Origin: Chara braunii
Taxonomy: Eukaryota > Plantae > Charophyceae
Reading direction: 5' to 3'
Assembly: GCA_003427395.1 (NCBI GenBank)
Contig: BFEA01000006.1
Span: forward strand, 2,684,515-2,748,514
Length of the DNA: 64,000 nt
The notes under the pieces are model-generated. The model saw only the letters and a program-made list of their open reading frames with translations. It did no database searches and had not been told where the DNA came from. This document shows positions 23,488-36,759 of the stretch, piece after piece. The first letter of the stretch is position 1; each line of letters begins with the position of its first letter. Position numbers and translations under genes: made by a program.

Positions 23488-25062
23488 CGAAGGCTGGACG
23501 ACCGCATAAGTTGCGGGCTGCTCAGTCGGTTGCATCTGTTCTATTTGTTATTTGGTAGGCTAGGCTACCCAACTTATGGGTAGCCTAATTCTACGCTGTA
23601 CGTAACTGTATGGGCTGGTCAGGCACAACATACGTTGTTGTGCCTGGTCATATGCCTTTCGTCGTTGTTCAGGCAAAGGCTGGGCTCCTCATAAGTAGAG
23701 GTAGTCCAGTTCCTTGTGTATGCTGAAAGTTTAGGCTGATCAGTCTCACCATAAGTTGGTGGGACGATGTCATACGCCTTACGTCAATTGTTAGGAAGAA
23801 GTAGACCACACCATAAGTTGGTGTGGCTTAGTCTTATGCTTTATTGTTCCACGCGAGACTATTCACACCATAAGTTTGTGTGGTCAAGTCATGAGTCGCC
23901 ATCACTAAGAGAATCAGAGTATACAAAGTGATACATTATTTATTATGTATATTCATGGCAAGTTGGACGCCATAAGTTGGGAGATCGTGCCATATAAGCC
24001 GGTAGCAGACAAAGCAGAGGGAAAGAAGATTATTAATACAAAATGGTGTGGTAACTGTGGGCAGGATGACTCAACCATAAGTTGGGTAGTTGGTCCTATG
24101 TCCTTGATAAGACGAAAGCAGAGAGATATATAAAGTCTGGCTATTTTCTTTTTCTAAACATAACTGGCGCTTGGGTGAGGATCCTCATGAGTTGGGGTGA
24201 CTATTGGATGTAGTTATGTTGCGAAGGTCGGACGAATGCATAAGTTGCGGGTTGTTCGGTCATACGCGCTTGTTGTTGTTTAGGCGGGGCTAGACTACTC
24301 ATAAATCTGGTAGCCTAGTCTTATGCTATATGTCACTGTGTGGGCTGATCAGGCACAACATAAGTTGTTGTGTCTGGTCATATGCTTTTCGTCGTTCGTC
24401 CAGACAAAGGTTGGGCTCCTCATAAGTTGAGATGAGTCAGTTTTTTTTTTTTTTATAAGCCGAGAGTTAGGCTGATCAAGTCTCACCATAAGTTGGTGCA
24501 CCCTGGTTATATGCCTTATGTCATTTTGTTCAGATAGAGGTTTATCACAACATAAGTTGTTGTGGTAAGTCTTATGCCTTATGTCTATAAGTTGAACATG
24601 GTTGTATTGCGAAGGCTGGGTGAACGCATAAGTTGCGGGCTGTTCACTTCTTCGGGCATGTGATTATGTCTGGGCTGGGCATGACTACTCATAAGTTGGG
24701 TAGCCTGACTCTACGCCGTATGTAACCATGTGGGCTGGCCGAACACAACATAAGTTGTTGTATTTGGTTATATGCCTTTTGTTGTTGTTTAGGCAGAGGC
24801 TGGTCCCTCATAAGTTGAGGAGGTTCATTTCTATGTGTATGCTGAACGTTCAGGCTGACCAGCCTCACCATAAGTTGATGCGGTCGGTCATACGCCTTAT
24901 GTCGATCGTTTTGCAGAAACTAGTCACACCATGAGTTGGTGTGGTTTGGTCTTATGCGTACGTATATTTGTGTTACCAGACTGGAGCACCATAAGTTGGT
25001 GTGGCCTAGTCATATGAATTGGCAGGTCAGTCACATCCATAAGTTGGGTTGGGTGACCCTAT
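23488..25062. repeat. Array of ~25 hairpins with near-invariant ATAAGTT loop, ~60-bp period
   Basis: Loops start at 23506, 23571 (inverted), 23630, 23691, 23751, 23813, 23870, 23972, 24077, 24187, 24240, 24301, 24360, 24422, 24488, 24552, ~24587 (partial), 24628, 24691, 24750, 24810, 24870, 24931, 24991 and 25039. Confidence 0.9.
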
Positions 25063-28000
25063 GTCTTATGTAACGAAGGGTAAAAAGGGAATAATTAGGG
25101 TTTTTGAATGAACATTGTGACCTGGAAAAGAACCTGAGGGTTGGTGAGAGATGTTGTTGCACTCATGGATGCATATTTTTGAAAGTCATCTCTGGGATAT
25201 TCTCGTTGATAGAGTAGTTGTTGTTGATGCTCGCCAAGTGCTGGAGCCATAGGTAGGTAAGATGGATGATCGGCGGGAAGCTTGGGATGAGATAGGACCA
25301 ACTCTGCTGAGGTTTAGGATCGGCATTGGCTCATGATCTCGCTCAGAGGGCATGCAGACTAAGTTATCAAGCATGTGTCAGAAGTTAGTCCCAAATATAG
25401 TTTTGCCTTGCATTTTTGTTTTCTACTTTGTATAAATCTTGTTAGCCCACTTTTCCTATGGGAAGCGCTGCCGAAATTTCTACAAATCCGAAAGAGTTAG
25501 TCATTTTTGGACTTGTAGGAATTCTATGAAGGCACTTTTCTGACGGGAAGCGCTGCCGAAATTTTGCAGAACTTTAGAGAGTTAGAGTATTTTCAGCTAG
25601 GAAAGATCTGGCAATCCATCCTGTTTAGGGGATATGCTGCCGAAATTTCCTGTATTTTTAGATAGATATCAGAGGTTACTTAGAAAGGTAGGATTATTTC
25701 TTGATCACTCAAACATGGCTTGGGTACTGGTCTTTGCTGCATTGCAGGTCACATTTATACAGATTGATTCAAGGCTTGACTAGTTTCAAGTTGATCCTTC
25801 AAAGACCATCTTCTGTTATCTTTTGATAACAGGTCGGTTTGCGGCTCAACTCTAATCCACTCTTGCTACTCAACCTAAAAAGGCTTTAGCCCTGTGTTTT
25901 TTGTTGTTTTGTTCTATTTTTACCCGGACTTTAATTGAATGGGCATTTAATAAAGATGTTGAGTATGTTATTTTGATAGCTGCACAAACAGTGAGGCTTG
26001 TATGGCTAAAGCGAGGGGTGTCAGCGCAAAGAATGGTTGAAGTTGACCCCGTGCAGTGTGTGCTCTGTTGATGTGACTCTTTGATTTGATTACAGGTATG
26101 TTCTGTGGATTAAAGTCCGAACTTGGTTTTGCATATGATCATATGTATATATATTTGAAGGAAGTCACACCGTGATTGTGAGAGTGAACATCTCCTATCT
26201 CATGACTATTATATCATGTTTCTTGTGTCCGCTCGACCCATTGAGGCCGTGCATAGTGATTAAGTAAGTTTTACACTGAGACAAAAGGGAGATCCCCTGC
26301 TATCTGTTGCTTTTTATAATTAATATAGTTGGACGTTGGAGTCCGTGGCAGCCGTCAAAGTCAAACCCCTTGATCTTTGGCTACCACGACAGCTCTGAAG
26401 CTGTTTACTCAACCCCTCTGCATAGGGTGCAGAAGAGGGCGTGGTCTTCAACCACACATGGCGGTTATCTGGCATTGAGAGATTACCCCTCAAAGCGCCT
26501 GTCAGTCGACACTTGAATGTCGAACGCGACCCCCGAGATTATCAAGGGCCGCGGGGCTACGAGTACCACGTAGTACCCCATCAGTGCGAATGATTGCGTA
26601 TGTCCGCATGGCTGGTTGACATGAGAAGGCCGTGCGCTCGTTCCATTTTTATACGAAAGCCCCACGCGCGATACCTATCTGAGTCTGACTGCAAAGAGTT
26701 ATGGGTCGGATACTGAAGGAACTAGGGGTTTGTTGCGTTGTGGTGTTGTTTGTGGTGTGTCCTCACATATTATATGTTGGTAAGTGTGAGTATTGTGGCG
26801 TAACGCGTGGTGTGTGTAGCACGTCCTAGTCGACCGGCGTCGGATCGTGTCTGGGACTTCAGCCCCCCAGTGCGTCGATTCGCGTACGGGTTCGATTCTG
26901 GGCGTTCAACCACGCGTACCCGCTATGCTATAACGAACGAGAAACGCCCTCGACTGGGCCACCTCTGCAATTGCATATGAAAAACCTTCGCATGTGGTTC
27001 AGTAGCTCAGCGGGGATACGCCCACCTAAGGGATGGTGACAGCGCCCGCAGGTGGAGGTAAGAGGTGCCTCGCGTGACCCTGTCCTGTCGTAGGGGTTTG
27101 CGAGAGGTACGACTGGCGCACTCGGCCAGAACGGCAAACGCTCTCCGCGACAAGTCCTGTTCAATCCAGCGTGAAGCGGCCGTGAGGGTCCCCGTGCAAG
27201 ACCGATGCGCGCGACAGGTGGCGCCGTTGTCGGGGATCTCTTCTGCCTACCGGGGTCCTTAAGAGAGCAAACCCAGGTTAAGTGCAGGTTGATAATCGAG
27301 GCAAAACGACAAAATTTTGTTAATGGCGTTAGGTGAATGGGTGGTGAGTAGCGTGTTGATGGTTCTGATGGTATTACAGTATTGAAAGGTAGTGCGAGAT
27401 ACGGACGTTTGTATACGATGACACCTAGTAGTGGCAGCTGTAATTATACATTTGTGGATCACGGTACAAGACGGTAATAATGATGATGTTCTACGTATAT
27501 AATGTCATAGACTGATCGCCATTCGCATTCGGTGCGACTCTGCATATTCGGTTACCCAAGAAAGAATCTTTGGTATTTTAACATAGTCAATGAGTTGCCA
27601 AAGTTGTTATGGCTGTATCACGGTACGCTAGCGATAGGAAATAATTTGGCTAAGAAATAGGTATTTTCTAAGGATTCTTGTAAGAAGAACACGTGTAACA
27701 TTCTATCTATTTAAGCATTTGAGTTATGATTCTAAGAGTATACTTGTAAGTCTATGTATGAAATTCATCCATCTGCATCAGAAATTCTATCTAAGTAAGC
27801 ATATTTAAATGTTGACTCATACAAGACTATGTGCCTGATGTTATCTATCCGAGTCTTGTTCGTGAGCTGTCCATCTGATTTCGTTATGGCTTTATATAAC
27901 CCATTGGAGTTGTGCTATCTGAATTATTCATTTGTATCCATGTTGTTTTATCTACATGCATGGGTTGACCTTTTAAAAGGAGTTAGAGATATTACACAGA

Positions 28001-31000
28001 ATCCACGTCCGATACGGATTCGAAGGTGAATGGAGTGACCAGCTTCTTGGGAAAGTAAGTCTCGCGAGGAAATGATCAATGTGTGAAGGCTGCCCCACGA
28101 AAGTTGCAACCCTATGTTATTAATTCCTTGAAAGATGGTTTTGAAGAAATTATAATATAGTCTTGAAGGTGGTAGTGAGACCCATGCCGGAACTTGTTTC
28201 TGGTCCATAGTGGGGTGTTGTCATCTAATCTTTGTGATAAAATAACTACACTACTACTGAATAGGAGGAAAGTGTTTGGACCTTGTTTGACCATGGCTGT
28301 GAGGAAGACGGCTACTACCTGCCACAGAGAGGTAGGGGGTGAAGCCCCAACTATTTTTGTGTTAAGTAGGTTTATCTACATGCGAAGGGATCGGTCATCC
28401 GGTAGTATGTATGGTGAGGTTGTCTACTTCATCGGCAAGGGTCAGCAAGGTGCAAGTGCTGGAATCGGAGGGAGATGCAGTGAGGCTTGATCGTTGAGCG
28501 GGGCTTAGGAATAAGATGTTATCCCTTTGAGAAAGGATTACACTGCCCCACGACACAATATAATTCTGTCAAAGCCTCGGGGAGTATAATATAATACTTT
28601 TATTATTGTTGCATTCGAAAACATTCGTAATTGTGGTATCATTATTTATTCATGATTACTTCTCCATTACAATACGTAACATTGCAATACATATATGATT
28701 ACTATTGTTATTATTTTTATTATTTTTATTATCGTATGATCAAAACTAGTAGAAGAGATATATTTTATAAAGCGAGTGAGAGTTTAACAATAGGTTCTGG
28801 TAAGGAACTGACAAGACAGACTGACTCTAAGGCAGGGATTATCCTGTTCATCCTTGAGTTGAGGTTGCTCAACTTTAAGTACGTGCGTGACGTTGAGGTT
28901 TTTTTTGGTTCCCCTTGAGTTGAGATATCCTAGCTCTGTACCTAATAAGACTTAAGACTACCTCTTTATGTGACGATCACTATCACTCTCACGTGTGTGG
29001 ATTTATCCTGATGTGTGATGATTTTTTTGTGAGAGGCGTACATGAGGCACTTCGTGCGTTTTTGTGAATGTAAAGTGTGTAAACAACACTCTTTGGTATA
29101 CTCGCGCAATCTGCCTACGGAGGGACAATAGGCTCGAGCATAAGAAAGAGAGGAACAGTTTGTTTGGGGAAAGATGTGTGAAAAGTCCCAAGGAACTCAT
29201 GAGTCTTCTGAGACTCAGATGCTTGTCCATGCCGAATGTTACTTGTCTAGTTGAGACAAGGGCCCACAAGTTGGCCTCTCGGTTGGAAGAATTTATGATT
29301 GATTACCCTCCATGTAGGAGGTGGTGGAGAGATTTTGTGAGTGAGTCCCCTTCAAAAGTGGAAGGTGGTTGAATGATTTGAAATGGCATGGAAAGCGGTT
29401 TGAATGATAAATTCTGACGAGAAAAACCAAGAGAAATTATTATTTTTGTGAAATTTTGGAAGGTCGCAAATTGGTGAAAGTTGAGAGATGTCAGAAGATG
29501 TGTGGTCGGCCTTACTCAGATCAAGTGGGAGGCCACGGCCCTGTGAATCTGGCGGTGATTTTTTGAAAGATTTTGGAGAGGACGCCAAATTCTCTATGTT
29601 GTCCTATAGAGAGCTGGTAAATGCCTCTGAGACTTGAGTGAGTCAGACCTTTGCGTAGTTTCGTAATAGGTATGAGATTAATGCGACACACCATCCAGTC
29701 ACTATGATGCTAATCTTAAGACATATGTTGTGAGGCCAAGCTAGGGCGCTATACTTAGCATCGCTGGAACTGTGGAACCTAACTCCCTGCGAGGGCCGCT
29801 GACCGGCGCAACCTGGCAGCGGGACCACGACTCACCAAAGGGTAAGGCTTGAGGGGTGTGGCCGCCTCAGAGAGTCTTATTCCCGCAGGATGTCTGAGGA
29901 ATAAGAGTCGAGCCGTATTTTTTTGTGAGTCCTAATAGTATGATTTATCAGGAGAATCGCCCATCGTTGCGCAACCAACGAGGGTACCGTTGCTAAAATA
30001 ACAACGTGACGGGCCGTATATCTGGCTCGATCAACCAGACTATGGTGGGCTTAGATGGAGACCTGACTGTACTGTACTAGACTGCAGGAGAAATCTGTGA
30101 TAAAAGTTGTATCTATTTTTGTGAATATTGTGTGACAAAGGCGAGAGTGCCTTATAAAGGTCTCGGTTAGGGCCCGCGTCCTAAGTTATGACCGTGCATG
30201 CAGGACGATGACTAAACAGGACACCCAACGATGAACCGGCAGATGTCTAGGACAAAGGGAGAGGATTACCAGCAACTACTCAGCATGAACTCTATGTTGT
30301 AGTAATGATCTAGTACACCTGCGTTGGCAGGAGACCCGGGTTGAAACCCTGGCAACAGCGAGACGTATTGGGTATTGTCTGGTGATCGCTCGGACAGAGT
30401 CAGTCAACCAATCGGATTGGTGTTTTTCTCATCAGCATTTGGAGTTTTGGTTGAATTGATAGCATTTTGATTATCCGACGCGACGGGGATGTCCCTTAAT
30501 AAGGTCCCTTAAGCTGTCGGCGCGAATACCCTTACAAGGATATCCGCCCTGTTTTTTGCAAGTGACAGAAGATAAGGTTTGTTCAGGAGTTGAGTATACC
30601 GTGCGGAGTTGCGGTTGTGTTTGGTTCACGTTCACTAAATGGTTGACGGGGGCAAAGTGTGGGTGGGCACGCGGTTTTAAGGCGCGCATGATGATTTTTT
30701 TTTCTCTTGATGTTATAGAGCCAGCGTTTCCACCGGCAAGATTTTTAGCTTTGATTAAGACAGGGATAGCTTCCCCTTTTATTGAAGTAACCAGGGTGCA
30801 TTTGCGGCGTGCGCCATCAGACGTGGTGTTGTCTGGGATAGTAATTAGGGGGCGCGCTTGAAGGCACGCGTTGACCTAGCTAGATGAGTGGTTAGTATAA
30901 GCAGCGAGCCCATACCGAGCGACGTGAGCGAGCACCACTTCCAGAGATGGTAATTAGGGTGTGCGATGACTACGGGCTCGAAGGGAAAACCAAGCGCAGG

Positions 31001-34000
31001 CCTTGGTGCACTTCAACATACCTAAGCCAGCCGCAAATACTTTTTATATGGAGAATGACGCCTGCTACGCCCAAGCTTAGGCTTAGCCCTATTGGTTATA
31101 GTGTTAGATTTTCACCCAGCAGACCCCGGGTTCGAAGCCAGCAGCCAACAGCGGAGCAGCGGAGGAGCCCGTCGGAGTGAGCCAAGGGGTTGAGGGTCCC
31201 GTGGGACTATCCCTCTTGGCTTTTTGCGAGGAGTTCCGACCGCCGGCCCGTGGGATAGGACCAGACACCAACGATCCCCCCCCCAATTCCGCTTCCAAGA
31301 AGGTTTTTTCTAAGTTTTATTATTATTAGTTATTTATTATTATTATTATTTTATTTTTTTTAATTTTTTTTGTGGTTGTGTTGCGTTTCTGAACACGGTC
31401 CGGCAGTGGCACCAGATCCGGCCGTGACTCAAGTACATAGTTTAGTGGATACACCATTGAACTGTTGTAAATACACACCCAAACTCGGTTTAGGACACAG
31501 GCCCTCGATGCCTGTCCGATCCAAGCGAAAGACATCGTCAGGCGGGGTGTTTGGCAGTGACGCCGCAGTTGGAGGCATACCGCCTAGTCCCGTTGTCTGC
31601 TGTGGGAAGTTTGACTGAGAGCATGCCAGTTGGGACCAGAAAGATGCAAACTTTGTCCGGACGGGGCGGCACAGCGCACGGTAGAGAGATCCACAGCGGG
31701 GCAGACTGCACAGTTCTGCACCGGAAAACCCTCCCCATTCCGCTGTTCTTTTTAAATTTTTTTACTCATCCTTATATACCCCTTGGTTCCAGTTGGAAGA
31801 CAACCCACGTGCTGGTTCCGGGGCTGGCAAGGGTACCAATGGGCTTAGCTTAGTTGGTACACACAGAACTGTTGAAAATACAGACCTCTGCTTGAGCCCA
31901 GATATAATCAGAAGCCCAGAGTACCGTACTTTCTAAATTACCTAGGGGCCACCCAGTCCCGAGGTATTACCTCATGGCCATGCCCACAGGTTGGTCCTTC
32001 GAGATGTCCGTTAAAGTTGAGATAATACCCCAACTGAAGTGGCGGTCGCCTGCGTTTGAGCATGTGCAGTGACCGTAACTTCGTGGGCTTGTTGCTCCCT
32101 GAGTTGTAATCCTGGGAGGCAACTTCTGCAATAGGCCTGGCACCAGTTCCGGGACCGGTAGTGAGGCCAACTGACTCGGCTCAGTCGGCATACCCACGAA
32201 TTGCTGAAATGCAGATCCAGTCCCGGATCTCATCTTGTGCAGCCTCATTGTGGGATTTTCCTTTGGTCCTTCGGGATGTCAATCAATCAATCAATAAGTA
32301 AATAAATAAATAAATAAAAGAGATTAAGGGCGACACAGACAGAGGATGACATGGCCCATCCAAAAAAAAAAGGGGAGGGGGAAAGGCCTGAACCCGACCA
32401 GGGTATGGGATCGAGTACACCACCCGCTTCCCATGATCTGTTGCGAGAAGCTTGAGTGTGAGCACGGCCGTTGAGGCCAGCGTCGATGCTGACCAACGTT
32501 AAGGCTCAAGGGCCTGGCTGATTTGGTACAGACTGTTGGAACACAGAGTCAAGTTCGAATCTTGGAGCCTCCAACTGAAGAAGGAATAAACTCACTCTAA
32601 CTAGCCTAAGGCTAGCCGGTTCCACAGCAGTGCCTTAGAACTGATGCTCCAGCACACATCCTCCGGGACATCCGCTAGAATTGGGACGACACAGAGAAAG
32701 TTAGCATGACCCCTGCGAGAGGGTGGCACCTATAAAGGGTGGGATGCAGAGCAGGATCGCCGTTGGCCTTCCTTTTCTACTTTTGCCTTGGTGGTGGAAC
32801 GCATCGGCAGGCCATGCAGCGCTGCCAAGGGGAGCAGGAGGTGGAAGGCAAGGCACGGAGTGACGGACGGCGGGGAGAGACCGGTCTGGCCGCTGTGGCA
32901 GCAAGGGAGAGGTGAAAGAACCCGGACACATTTTCACACCGGGTACATCTGATACAGAAGGAGGAAGGAGGTGGATCAAAGCAGGCAGCTACGAGGAAGA
33001 TGGGGACGGATGAGGAGAATGAGAGAGAGGATGTGGAGTGGGTTAGCAGCAAAACGGGGTAAGCGGAGGGAGTCAACAAGGTGGAAAGGGGAGTGAATGA
33101 GTCCGGACGGCCTGTCAGGCAAGGTGCATGCGAAGAGGGAGTGAACCCCGCACGAGTTTGTGCCAGATGCATTCGAAGAAGGCAACGGAGAGATAAACAT
33201 GGTGGGAAGGAGGGATTGTAATCTGCCCATCTCCTGCAAGAATCAGCCGGGAAAGGTAGTAGGGAGAGATTATTGGACCGGACGGGTGTAGAAGTAGCAT
33301 TATAGTTGACGAAAGGCTTAGCAGAAGGAGAGATCAGAAGAAAACAGTCAGCGCCGAGATATGGCGGGAGCGAGCAAAGAGAGAATGGGAGTGAAGAAAT
33401 GTGAAGACCGCCCGATCCTGGATGGAAACGGGCGGGGTAAGGTCTGAGGCGGGGTTTTTTTACCATTGTGAACGTGATGGTGAAGTTAGATTAGTGAGAG
33501 AATTAGTAGAAGACGAGCTACTACATAAAGCTACTGCGCGGGGATATGGAGGGAGCTGGCTATGGCGGGCCAGAAAGTAGTGTAACTCGCCTATTTCTTA
33601 ATGAAATCGAGCAAGTAAAAATGCTATCTAGGGGTTTTTGGGCATGGCGAACTCAAATATGAAGTCAGTTTTTAGAGAAAGTTAGTAGAAAAAGAGTACG
33701 ATTGGAACAACACCGCGCGGAGTTGTCGGGAGGAAGTGGAGGCGGTGAGGCGGAAAAACCATATTTCACTCGTTACTTCGTAGAAATGAGTAAGTAAAGA
33801 CTCGAGTGTGGGGTTTGGAACCCGGGTGAAGTTAATGGCGATGGGAGAAGAGAGAAAGGAGTGCTAGTATTGGGGCTATGGGAGCTGGAGGCTGCACAGT
33901 GCACGATAGAAAACGACAGTAAAAGAGGAAACTCGAAACGGCAGTGTATCTGTCCATGTTATAGCGGAGGATTCAAGCTCATGTTGCACATTTGGGGAGT

Positions 34001-34117
34001 GAGCCCTCCAGCGCATCGTTATAATGTCCATCATCGAGACCAGGGCGTGATCCTCGTTATTGGGATCGTGGGTTGGTCGACGTATGCCTCGCATTGCTTT
34101 GCGTGATGGTCGGAGTC

Positions 34118-34827
34118 NNNNNNNNNNNNNNNNNNNNNNNNNNNNNNNNNNNNNNNNNNNNNNNNNNNNNNNNNNNNNNNNNNNNNNNNNNNNNNNNNNN
34201 NNNNNNNNNNNNNNNNNNNNNNNNNNNNNNNNNNNNNNNNNNNNNNNNNNNNNNNNNNNNNNNNNNNNNNNNNNNNNNNNNNNNNNNNNNNNNNNNNNNN
34301 NNNNNNNNNNNNNNNNNNNNNNNNNNNNNNNNNNNNNNNNNNNNNNNNNNNNNNNNNNNNNNNNNNNNNNNNNNNNNNNNNNNNNNNNNNNNNNNNNNNN
34401 NNNNNNNNNNNNNNNNNNNNNNNNNNNNNNNNNNNNNNNNNNNNNNNNNNNNNNNNNNNNNNNNNNNNNNNNNNNNNNNNNNNNNNNNNNNNNNNNNNNN
34501 NNNNNNNNNNNNNNNNNNNNNNNNNNNNNNNNNNNNNNNNNNNNNNNNNNNNNNNNNNNNNNNNNNNNNNNNNNNNNNNNNNNNNNNNNNNNNNNNNNNN
34601 NNNNNNNNNNNNNNNNNNNNNNNNNNNNNNNNNNNNNNNNNNNNNNNNNNNNNNNNNNNNNNNNNNNNNNNNNNNNNNNNNNNNNNNNNNNNNNNNNNNN
34701 NNNNNNNNNNNNNNNNNNNNNNNNNNNNNNNNNNNNNNNNNNNNNNNNNNNNNNNNNNNNNNNNNNNNNNNNNNNNNNNNNNNNNNNNNNNNNNNNNNNN
34801 NNNNNNNNNNNNNNNNNNNNNNNNNNN
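34118..34827. other. Assembly gap (710 N)
   Basis: Run of N at the same unit position as the first gap. Confidence 1.
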
Positions 34828-36759
34828 CACTGCAGGCATGACCACTCTTACTAGGTGGAGTGATCTGCTTGATTGGGCTCGTTAGCGAGCGAGACCTTCA
34901 GTCTGCGGAATGGCCACATAGGGGAGTGGTAGATTGGGAGCCCCCCCTCCATGACGTAGCAGGCGATGGAGCACAACGCCGAGGGTGCACTCGTTGCTTT
35001 CCAAGTGTGACTATATGCCATCACTGGTGTTCGGTCGTCAATAACTGACTCCGGGTTCTTACGTAACTAGTGCATGGAGACTAGATTGAGGCGGCGCTTT
35101 TTGGCGGGTAGCGCAGGCATCTTGGAATGAACTTGGCAGGGACGGAAGCCGGGGGTGACGAGGCGAGCGAGCGGTAGGATCAAGAGCTTATGTGTTAGCC
35201 GATGTAGTGCCCGGGCTCAGCAAACAGGGCTACAGCAGACCAGCCGTGGGGATTGCAGATCTGTCCTTTGGGCGGTGTGCCGCCCGGTCTATTAGCATGT
35301 GGAACGACAGGTCAGTTGTGAGACCTGAAGGCTTACCTGATGCCTAGCACGCTGCCTGTATGTGGACTGAGGGAGCGGGTTGTGGAGACTGTAGGTTTGG
35401 CTGCTGGTCGACACGCCCTTCGTCTGACCGGTCTGTGCTGTAACGGGCCAGCCACGGAGTGGCAAATTTAGTTATCGGCTAGCGTACGGTCTTTCTGATG
35501 AGTGGCGGAAGTTGCAGGTTCAGGCCTTGGTTAGCAGCGTCGTTCATTGCAAAATAAAGTTGCAACAGGCCAATTGGGCTGGGCACGCCGGGTGGATGAG
35601 CAGTGTACAGCATGCCCATTAAGGATGATAGCTGGAGGGAGCCATTTACACTGTTACAGGCTGCCACAGTACGCAGACTGTGTATTGCTGAGTTACTGCG
35701 CTGACACCTCACTGGGCACCTGAACCCTGTTGTATCTTCATTAATGGGTTCCGCTGTGCACCTTGTGTGCACATGCTGGGGCACGGACCCTCACGGTAAC
35801 GGATAGCTTTGCTGGGGACTGTCTTGCTGTGCACCCCTCATTCCGCTATGTTTCCATTAGCAGTTTCCCCGTGGTACCTCTTGCTGCGCATGGCTTGCGG
35901 CCTGCCATTGATCTGGCCTGCCGTTACAAGCCTGATGACCGTTGACCTTCAACACCTTGCTAATGAGTGGTTGACTAATAAGCTGAAGGGATCAGCGAGT
36001 GGTAGTGGCAACTGGAAGTTGGGTATTGGTGCTGAGTACTTGGTCACCGTCACAGTTGGATCCTATTATGGTTCGTATTACTGATGCCATTGCTGTTGTA
36101 CATCAGGCTGTTATGGCCTGTATCTGAATAGGGCACGGGGATGTGCTCTATTCGAACGCGGCCCTTTCTAGGTTGCATATCGGTGGTTTCGTCAGGAGGA
36201 GGTCACTGCTCCGACTTGGAGGCCTGTCCAAGGACTGGTACCCGGCGTTCCGACCACGGGTTGAGCATTTGTACTGCGTTTTATTGGCCGCCATTGCGAG
36301 GCCCTCAGGCGCATCAAGATAACAAGGCCCTCTCTTGCGAGTCTGAGCGCACCCCTCTTGTATCTGAGAGTCTGAACTTCCTTTCGCTGCCTTTCTCTGT
36401 CTAAGTCTAGTCTTATGGTTCCGAGAGGAAGGCGGCAGGCAGGATTGTAACCCGTAGGTCCGCACCAAGGCCTCTGTGGGAGGATGCCCCACCGATTGCG
36501 GGAGCTCTGCCAAAGCCCAGACGGGGTTCTGGAGGTAGGGAACACTCAGGTATAACCCTCGAGTTACGCGTGTGATCCTATCACTAAACTGTATTAACCT
36601 CATGCTATTGTCTAACTGTAGGTATGACGGGAAAGGATATCTGATTGATTTGCTTGTTTAAGTTCAGGACATTGCCTTGCAGAGTAAATTGACAAATTTT
36701 TATTGATAATTAAGATTAGCTGATTGAATTCAGACAACACGAGGATTGTAATTCAGTGG

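Noticed and set aside
23488-25062. CRISPR array interpretation
   Set aside because: The constant part is only ~9 bp, the variable parts are self-complementary and recur in blocks, no cas genes are present, and the context is eukaryotic.
14125-26125. Exactly 12,000-bp offset between units 1 and 2
   Set aside because: The interval includes an estimated N-gap and private deletions, and the other offsets are ~13.3 kb, so it is not biologically meaningful.
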